Shown here: positions 42,766-49,683 of the stretch, piece after piece
How positions within the stretch are numbered: position 1 is the first letter of the stretch
How the letters are laid out: the number at the start of each line of letters is the position of its first letter
Sequence record: SRR2962707_1578
Strand: one strand, 5' to 3'
Length of the DNA stretch: 64,000 bases
Translations under genes and position numbers: made by a program
Notes under the pieces: generated by a model
Database searches by the model: none
Told to the model about the DNA's origin: nothing
Seen by the model: the letters and a program-made list of their open reading frames with translations, nothing else

Positions 42766-43083
42766 TTAGTGTGCGAATTTTAACACAACGACACCGAGAA
42801 TAATGAGTAAGACGCCGCTATAACGCATTAAGGATGTTGGGTCCCCATAAAACAAAATGCCAACTAAAAAGGTGCCTGAGGCACCGATTCCTGTCCATAC
42901 TGCATAGGCAGTTCCCATCGGGATTTCTTTTTGGGCGAGCCAAAGTAACGTGCCGCTGATAAACATAAAGAACACGGCGATGGCGATTCCTGCGATTTTG
43001 GAACCGCCGGATTGCGCTATTTTCAAGCCAATAGGCCAGCCGATTTCAGTAAGACCGGCAAGTAGCAAATATAACCAGCTCAT
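42766..43083 (-). CDS. SMR-family transporter (SugE/Gdx-like)
   Basis: 105 aa with four TMs, conserved Glu13 (AGLTEIGW) and PMGTAYAVWTGIG. Confidence 0.88.
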   Translation of the reverse strand: MSWLYLLLAGLTEIGWPIGLKIAQSGGSKIAGIAIAVFFMFISGTLLWLAQKEIPMGTAYAVWTGIGASGTFLVGILFYGDPTSLMRYSGVLLIILGVVVLKFAH

Positions 43084-43140
43084 TAGGGTAGTTCCTTACG
43101 GTGTGTATGAGGAAGGAGAAAGTAGGTTTGCGCTTTATGC

Positions 43141-43157
43141 TATCAATTATTATGATA
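43141..43157. promoter_or_regulatory. Candidate LysR recognition site
   Basis: TATCA-ATTATTA-TGATA inverted repeat (T-N11-A core) between the divergent SMR and LysR genes. Confidence 0.55.
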
Positions 43158-43189
43158 TTTAAAAGTTATTAACTATCGATATTATTCAT

Positions 43190-44071
43190 ATGATAAGTCT
43201 AGAACAGATCAATATGCTGGTGTTGTCGGCCGAACTCGGTTCATTTTCGGCGTGCGCGAGACGGCTTGGAAAAGTGCAGTCGGCGGTTAGCCATGGGATT
43301 AGTAATTTGGAGCTGGACTTGGGCGTTGAGCTATTTGATAGAAGCTCTCGTAGCCCCAAGTTGACACCAGAAGGCGAGCGTTTAATTCGCAGCGCGCGGT
43401 CGCTTTTGGCGCAATCTTATGAATTCGAACAGATTGCAGAATCGATTTTGAGGAATGAGGAAAGCGGACTTACCATCGCAGTAGACGACGCTTTATTAGC
43501 GCCTTACGTCTCAACCGTATTGCAACAGTTTGCGCTGACGTTTCCTTACGTTCAGATTGAACTTGTGTCTTTGGCGTCGCCAGACATAGTTAACGCCGTT
43601 GCTACCGGTAATATAGACATAGGTGTGATGTTTGCTGAAATTGAAGCCAATAAACAAGTCGATTTTTGCTATGTGGGCGGGGTCGATTTTATTGCCGTTT
43701 GCCATGAAGCCTTCCCTTTAGCTGGGCAAAGAGTGAGCTCTGAGTCTGATCTAGCGCCTTATCGTCAGGTGACGGTTCGAGGTACGCGTAAGAAAGAGCC
43801 TCAGGCATTGATCAGCATAACGCCCAATGTCTGGTGGTGCTCTAGCAATTACGCCGCGCTGGAGTTGGTGATGCAGAAGGTCGGCTGGGCATACTTGCCT
43901 TTACCCTTGGTTTCGCCGCTCATAGAAGACAACAATATTCATAAAATAGACGTGGTTTTCGACCATAAACCTTGGTCGGTGCCAGTGGATCTAGTCTCCA
44001 AAAAAGGCGCCCAGCGAGGCCCTGCTTATGAATGGTTGTTTGACGCCTTTAAACAGGCGTTTGCAGGGTGA
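43190..44071 (+). CDS. LysR-family transcriptional regulator
   Basis: GSFSACARRLGKVQSAVS...LFDRS HTH followed by a substrate-binding domain. Confidence 0.92.
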   Translation: MISLEQINMLVLSAELGSFSACARRLGKVQSAVSHGISNLELDLGVELFDRSSRSPKLTPEGERLIRSARSLLAQSYEFEQIAESILRNEESGLTIAVDDALLAPYVSTVLQQFALTFPYVQIELVSLASPDIVNAVATGNIDIGVMFAEIEANKQVDFCYVGGVDFIAVCHEAFPLAGQRVSSESDLAPYRQVTVRGTRKKEPQALISITPNVWWCSSNYAALELVMQKVGWAYLPLPLVSPLIEDNNIHKIDVVFDHKPWSVPVDLVSKKGAQRGPAYEWLFDAFKQAFAG

Positions 44072-44108
44072 GTTGTGAGGCATAGCAAAAAACGCAGCCT
44101 CTAGAGTA

Positions 44109-45190
44109 TTAGCTAATGTGCAGCTGAGACTGGTTTCGTCCGCTGTTTTTGGCTTTGTACAAGGCTTTATCTGCTTGATTTATAGCGGCTTGTAGATCTG
44201 CGGTCTTAGCATCCACTTCGGAAATCCCCACACTAAGCGTGAAGTTGACTAACTGATTTTGGTCAACCTGAACGCTAGTGTGTGCCAAGGTGGTACGAAT
44301 GCGCTCGGCCAATACGTGGGCTTTTTCTCGGGTGGTATTTGGCATCAGAATAACGAACTCTTCTCCGCCATAACGGGCAACAATATCTTGCAGACGGCAC
44401 TGTGCTCTGAGCACGTCGGCGACGCGTACAATGACTTGATCTCCTAAGCTGTGCCCATAGGTGTCATTGATGTTTTTGAAGAAATCGATGTCGAGAATGG
44501 CCAGTGAAAGAGGGAATCGTATTTGTTTATCTTGGTTTAACAATGCACTGGCTTCTAAGTCAAATGATCGGCGGTTCAGCAGCTGTGTTAATGGGTCTGT
44601 GGAAGCCAGTAGCTGCAACTCCGCTTGGGTCGCCTCGAGCTTTTCTAATGTGCGAATACGATTGGCAATGATCAGTGATAGCACAAGCGATTCTAACAAA
44701 ACCCCAATGCCAACTCCGTGGCTATTGATATAGTTGAAGCCAATTCTTCCCTGATAAAACAGCACAGCCAACACGCTAAATGTAACGAAAAAACCATGGC
44801 CAATTAAAAATAAAAGGGCAAGAGGGTGCCGACGCACAAACATTGAAATGGTGACGCATAGGCTGATGGACATAACAATAAAGGCCAGGGTACTGGCATA
44901 TTCAAGCGCACTGATAATGTCAAACAAACCATAGATAGAATTGGTGGCTAATATGGCAATGGTCGTCAGCAAAGCTTTGTGTTCGATCGGGTATTTTTTT
45001 CTCGTTTCAAAAATGTTGATCATGAAGAACAACAAACAGATCGGCATGGTGCCGAGGGCGATATTCCATTTCAGTGTGATAGAGCCAAAGACATCAAAAA
45101 AGCTGGCAAATAAGCCGTATGAAAGGGCGATCCAAAAGCCCCCTGAAACCAAGTAGCAGGCATAAAAAAGATGTTCTTTTAAGCGCGATT
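44109..45190 (-). pseudogene. 5'-truncated 7TM(DISM-like) diguanylate cyclase
   Basis: Intact RLQD I-site and RYGGEEF. The protein begins mid-7TM (SRLKEHLFYACYL). The predicted start at 45221 lies inside the opposite-strand HTH gene. Confidence 0.75.
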
Positions 45191-45198
45191 TACACAAT

Positions 45199-45480
45199 GT
45201 GTTGTTTCCAAAGCAGCGCAAAATCCTAACTCATTTTGGTGAGGACTTGTTGTTGGCGATGAAACGACGTGGTTTTACAAAAAAGGTGCTGTGTGAACGT
45301 ACAGGCTTTGATCATAAAACCGTGAACAAAGTCTTCGCAGGTGATCCAGGCGTTGCCATAGGCACTTATTTAAAAGTAATGGCCGTACTTGGCATGGAAA
45401 GTAATTTTGCGGAAATGGCCGCTCATGATGAAGTCGGTATCAAGCTGCAAAATATAAAATTGCTGGAAGGTTCAAAATGA
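45199..45480 (+). CDS. XRE-type HTH protein, HipB-like antitoxin; native start and promoter probably lost
   Basis: LAMKRRGFTKKVLCERTG...GDPGVAIGTYLKVMAVLG. ATGA overlap with the hipA-like fragment. Confidence 0.72.
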   Translation: MLFPKQRKILTHFGEDLLLAMKRRGFTKKVLCERTGFDHKTVNKVFAGDPGVAIGTYLKVMAVLGMESNFAEMAAHDEVGIKLQNIKLLEGSK

Positions 45481-45692
45481 GCCGTGAAATCGTCGAGGTT
45501 TATGCTGACTGGCAGCCAATTGAAGCACCACTGCTAATAGGGCGGCTTAGTTATGGCGACACAAGCAGAGGTGGTGTGTTTAGTTTTGCCTACGATAAAG
45601 CGTTTTTAACCTCATCTTATCGCTTGCAAATTGATCCAATCTTGACGCTTCACTCCGGTGAGCTTTATAACGATGAAGCCAGCGACTTCTAA
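45477..45692 (+). pseudogene. N-terminal fragment of a HipA-family toxin
   Basis: VYADW...IGRL...FSFAYD...IDP.L resembles the HipA N-terminal domain. It stops after 71 aa with no kinase domain. Confidence 0.7.
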
Positions 45693-46098
45693 AGCGCAGC
45701 GAACAGATACTGTTTTGAAAGTCCCACAATACAACAGTTTTGTCGTGATCGATGCAAAATACTATGGGGCAAGCGATGTGCAAAGTGCGCCAGGTTGGGG
45801 GGATATCGTAAAGCAGTTTTTTTATGCCAAAGCATTAAAGGTTTATGCTCAAAATGCTGAGGTGGGGAACGCCTTTGTGTTTCCAGGAAGTGGCCCTTTT
45901 CATTCTGTTCATATGATAGAGCGAGGTGAAAAAGGAGCCATTCTCGATGAAGATTACCCACCAATTCGTTGTTTCTATCTTGATCCTATGGAGCTTATTG
46001 AATGTTATACAACGGGTCAGAAGTTAATTGAGCTGAGTCGTAGCCTAATGAGCTTGGCTTATGATGAGCAACAGGCAACAGGCAACAGGCAACAGTGA
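45673..46098 (+). pseudogene. C-terminal fragment of an LlaJI/McrC-like PD-(D/E)XK restriction nuclease
   Basis: QRTDTV...VVIDAKYY...PGWGDIVKQFFY...NAFVFP. No N-terminal domain and no McrB-like partner. Confidence 0.65.
46068..46095 (+). repeat. Heptamer tandem repeat (GCAACAG) x4
   Basis: Four perfect copies read directly from the sequence. Confidence 0.95.
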
Positions 46099-46099
46099 G

Positions 46100-46507
46100 C
46101 TAAGCTGTTTTTTTAACGGCCTCAACAAACTCTTCAAAGTCACTTAATCGATGCTCGACCACATACTTCACGATGTCTAAGTTTAGTGTTTGGTAGTCAT
46201 GAACTGCAATATTCCTCAAGCCAACCATTTTCTGAAGACTTAACGCGAGAGGCGCAGAAATAAAACCGGCTTTTTTGAGTAATTCAAAGCTGTCGCGACT
46301 GCTTTGGGGGATGCCTGTTTGGTGCTGCTTGTTAAGTATATTAGCTGCATCAATGCTGGATTCGCAGGCGCGCTGAAGGTTCAGAATAATAGAATCTTGG
46401 CTAGTGTAATCGGTATCGAACTGCTCTTTCGCAAGATCGTAAACGTCTCGAATGCGCTTCAAGCAGCGATCAACCGTTGCTAGCTTATTGAGTACTGAGT
46501 CGTTCAT
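46100..46507 (-). CDS. hepT: HEPN (DUF86) RNase toxin, HepT-like
   Basis: NLQRACE and the GLRNIAVHDY R-X4-H-X-Y motif. Confidence 0.88.
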   Translation of the reverse strand: MNDSVLNKLATVDRCLKRIRDVYDLAKEQFDTDYTSQDSIILNLQRACESSIDAANILNKQHQTGIPQSSRDSFELLKKAGFISAPLALSLQKMVGLRNIAVHDYQTLNLDIVKYVVEHRLSDFEEFVEAVKKTA

Positions 46508-46881
46508 TTTAAGTATTCCTGCAAAATGTCAGCCCGTTCCTCGTTCAAATGCTGATACATGGACATGATCTGCATTTCAAACTTAACCTGTTCGCTCTCG
46601 CTGCCGAAAAGTAGCTCGCCATTCATGATGACTTGGTTTTGTAAGACCGTTGAGGCGGTTAATAAGTCTACCAAGTCGACATCCTTATCGAGTTTGATGG
46701 CAAGGGTTTGCTCTAGGTCGAAACGTGCTACTGGGTCTAATTTTTTCTTGAGCAGCACGGCAATGTCGATATCACTTGAAGGGGTGGCACTGCCATCTGC
46801 TTGTGAGCCAAACAAATAGACCAATCTAACCTCCGGCATTAACTGCCTTAGCGTGTGTGTTAGATCCTCTCTATTCAGCAT
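46504..46881 (-). CDS. mntA: Minimal nucleotidyltransferase antitoxin, MntA-like
   Basis: LFGSQADGSATPSSDIDIAV (GS-X10-DXD) and VDLVDL. ATGA overlap with hepT. Confidence 0.88.
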   Translation of the reverse strand: MLNREDLTHTLRQLMPEVRLVYLFGSQADGSATPSSDIDIAVLLKKKLDPVARFDLEQTLAIKLDKDVDLVDLLTASTVLQNQVIMNGELLFGSESEQVKFEMQIMSMYQHLNEERADILQEYLK

Positions 46882-46904
46882 TGTGCCACCTTTTACTTTT
46901 GTGA

Positions 46905-47771
46905 TTACTCAATATTCTGTATCTGTTCTCGCATTTGTTCAATCAAAACCTTCAGTTCCACGGCGCTTTGAGTGGTTTCAACGACGATGGATTTAGACGA
47001 TAGCGTGTTGGCTTCGCGGTTGAGTTCTTGCATTAAGAAGTCGAGGCGACGACCGATTGGGCCTTTTTGTTGCAGCTGTCTACGTACTTCTTTGGTGTGT
47101 GTGGCAAGGCGGTCGAGTTCTTCTGCTACGTCGGCTTTTTGGGCCAGCATGACAATTTCTGCCTCTACTCGCATTGGATCAAGATCCGCTTTGGCCGCTT
47201 CTAATTTGTCGATCAGGTTTTGCTTTTGTGCCGCTAGAATTTCTGGCAATTTGGCTTGTACGTCGATGACGATTTGATCAATGGCATCTAGGCGTTGTTC
47301 GATGATGGTTTTCAGCTGCTCACCTTCGCGTAAACGCACTTGAATAAGTTCTTCTACACCTTGCGAAAAGAGTTCAGAGACGGCTTTTTTCATCATATCG
47401 AAGTCGCTACCTTCGTTGTTTAAGATGCCTGGCCATTGAAGAATATCGAGCGGGTTGGCTGGGTTCAAATCTTTAAACCAAGTACCAAGATTATCAATAG
47501 CATCGGCAAGTGCTTGTGCATTACTTGCGTTTATATTTAGGCTCGCCGCTGCTTTGTCTACGGCTTGAAAGCGCAGTTGGCATTCTAATTTACCGCGGTT
47601 GAGTTTTTTTCTCAGCACATCACGAAAGGCGAATTCAAGCTCACGAAAGCTTTCAGGTAAACGGAAATGTGGCTCTAGATAGCGTTGATTTACTGAGCGA
47701 ATTTCCCAGCTGATGGTGCCCCAATCGTATACTGCTTCTTGGCGAGAGAAGGCGGTCATGCTTGCAGTCAT
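46905..47771 (-). CDS. yicC: YicC/YloC-family endoribonuclease
   Basis: SMTAF, RSVNQRYLE, GRRLDFLMQELNREANTLSSKS and C-terminal EQMREQIQNIE. Confidence 0.96.
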   Translation of the reverse strand: MTASMTAFSRQEAVYDWGTISWEIRSVNQRYLEPHFRLPESFRELEFAFRDVLRKKLNRGKLECQLRFQAVDKAAASLNINASNAQALADAIDNLGTWFKDLNPANPLDILQWPGILNNEGSDFDMMKKAVSELFSQGVEELIQVRLREGEQLKTIIEQRLDAIDQIVIDVQAKLPEILAAQKQNLIDKLEAAKADLDPMRVEAEIVMLAQKADVAEELDRLATHTKEVRRQLQQKGPIGRRLDFLMQELNREANTLSSKSIVVETTQSAVELKVLIEQMREQIQNIE

Positions 47772-47932
47772 GTTAAATACCTAAAGTTTGATAGCATATT
47801 AATAAATAGAGCCTAAAAGGCCGAATGAATAGTGTACCTGATGAGTAATAGTTTCATAGGGAAGGGGGGTAATTTTGTGTAGGTTCGTTATAATTGCCGC
47901 TTTAGAATGGTTCAATTAACAGAGAGACAAAT

Positions 47933-48655
47933 ATGCGTCCGAGCGGAAGAGAAGCAGATCAGTTACGTCCCCTTAAAATTACACGCAACTTTACGAAGCA
48001 TGCCGAAGGGTCGGTATTGATCGAGTGTGGCGATACTAAGGTTATTTGTACCGCAACCGTGGTCAATGGCGTGCCGCGTTTCTTGAAAGGTAAGGGCCAA
48101 GGTTGGATTACGGCTGAATACGGCATGTTGCCACGTTCTACACACAGCCGTGTTGATCGTGAAGCCGCTCGTGGCAAGCAAAATGGTCGCACGGTTGAAA
48201 TCCAACGTTTGATCGGTCGTTCTTTGCGCGCCGCTGTGGATCTTAAAAAGTTGGGTGAAAATACCATCACGATTGACTGTGATGTGATTCAAGCTGACGG
48301 CGGTACTCGTACGGCGTCTATTACCGGTGGCTTTGTTGCCTTAGCGGATGCGATGCAAGTTCTGATGGACAAAAAAAGGGTGAAAGAAAACCCAATCGTG
48401 TCACAAATTGCCGCGATCTCTGTGGGTGTTTATAAAGGTGTTCCTGTGTTGGATCTGGATTACCCAGAAGATTCTAATGCCGAAACAGACATGAACGTTA
48501 TCATGAATGACAAAGGCGGTTTCATCGAGATCCAAGGTACCGCAGAAGGCGAAGCGTTCAGCGATGAACACATGGTGGGCATGTTGGCTGTGGCTCGTAA
48601 AGGCATCGCTGAGATCATTGAATTACAACGCAAAACACTGGCTGATGGTGAATAA
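47933..48655 (+). CDS. rph: Ribonuclease PH
   Basis: [30 protein letters not shown] and LDLDYPEDS. Confidence 0.98.
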   Translation: MRPSGREADQLRPLKITRNFTKHAEGSVLIECGDTKVICTATVVNGVPRFLKGKGQGWITAEYGMLPRSTHSRVDREAARGKQNGRTVEIQRLIGRSLRAAVDLKKLGENTITIDCDVIQADGGTRTASITGGFVALADAMQVLMDKKRVKENPIVSQIAAISVGVYKGVPVLDLDYPEDSNAETDMNVIMNDKGGFIEIQGTAEGEAFSDEHMVGMLAVARKGIAEIIELQRKTLADGE

Positions 48656-48686
48656 TTAATCTCTGTTATGCAAAGGGTTCTTGTTT

Positions 48687-48715
48687 AAAAAAATCAGCAT
48701 CGGCTGATTTTTTTT
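48687..48715 (+). terminator. rph terminator
   Basis: AAAAAAATCAGC-ATCG-GCTGATTTTTTTT. Confidence 0.8.
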
Positions 48716-48870
48716 GGTTCTTATTTCTAGGTGGCATGACTTTTGGCAGTAGCCAGTAGGAATCTGCTTCTAATGCTTGAGTGTCTGTTATTTCTGAGTC
48801 ATATTGGACAGCGTGTGTGTCTACCATGGAAATAGTCGTTAGGCTAATGAGGCAAAAGGAAGTTCCCAGC

Positions 48871-49662
48871 ATGAAGTATCTTAATAGGTCGACGATAAAC
48901 CGTGTGCTGCTAGCAGGGCTTTTTTGCCAAGGTGCGAATGCGCAGGACATTACTCTGTACGGCGTGCACTTTCCGCCCTATATGATAGATTCCTCCATTT
49001 TGCCTGCCACAGACGATGTAAATAAAGACGCTGGCGTGTATGGCATGGACATAGATCTAGTCCGTCAGGCCTACGCGACTCAAGGAGTGACTGTGCATTT
49101 CGAGTTGATGCCGTGGAAGCGCATCATGAGGAATCTACAAGCAGGTGTTGGGCTAGGAGCCGTGTCTTGTCGACCGTTACCCTCGCGGCACGACTTTGCC
49201 CGCTTTTCTCAGATAATCAGCCAATCTCGCAGCGTTTTTATTACCCTACGTGACTATTTAGCCCCTGGTGCCTATCCGATGGCAACCGCCAAAAAACACC
49301 ATACTATGGCGATGAATGGCTGGGCTCAAGCGACTCTATTGGAAAATGCCAAGATTGACTATCACACGGTCGGCAGTATAGCGCAGGGTTTTAATCTTCT
49401 ATTACGACGGAATCAGGATGTGTTTCTGACGGAGCGAGCGGGTGCGTATTTTGAAGCGCGACGATTAGGCATAGAGGATAAATTGAGCTTTTATGAGGTC
49501 AGCGATTTGGCCGAACAGCACTATACGGTTTGTTTTAGCAAGCACTACCCAAACGCCGATAAATGGCGTGTCATTTTAGATAAAGGATTAGATGAGGTGA
49601 AAGCCAATGGTGAGTGGCGCGAGATTCTTAAACGTTATCGATCAGAAGGGATGTTGGATTAG
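48871..49662 (+). CDS. Orphan family-3 substrate-binding protein
   Basis: FPPY, GMDIDLV and MPWKR. Signal-like N-terminus from MKYLN at 48871. Confidence 0.8.
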   Translation: MKYLNRSTINRVLLAGLFCQGANAQDITLYGVHFPPYMIDSSILPATDDVNKDAGVYGMDIDLVRQAYATQGVTVHFELMPWKRIMRNLQAGVGLGAVSCRPLPSRHDFARFSQIISQSRSVFITLRDYLAPGAYPMATAKKHHTMAMNGWAQATLLENAKIDYHTVGSIAQGFNLLLRRNQDVFLTERAGAYFEARRLGIEDKLSFYEVSDLAEQHYTVCFSKHYPNADKWRVILDKGLDEVKANGEWREILKRYRSEGMLD

Positions 49663-49683
49663 CATGAAGAGAAAAGGAACATC

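Noticed and set aside
44109..45221. Intact 370-aa diguanylate cyclase as called by the ORF track
   Set aside because: The first 10 or so residues come from the antisense of the HTH gene and the protein starts mid-7TM, so it is treated as truncated.
34903..46904. Active mobile element or prophage
   Set aside because: No integrase, transposase, relaxase, phage genes or flanking att repeats were found.
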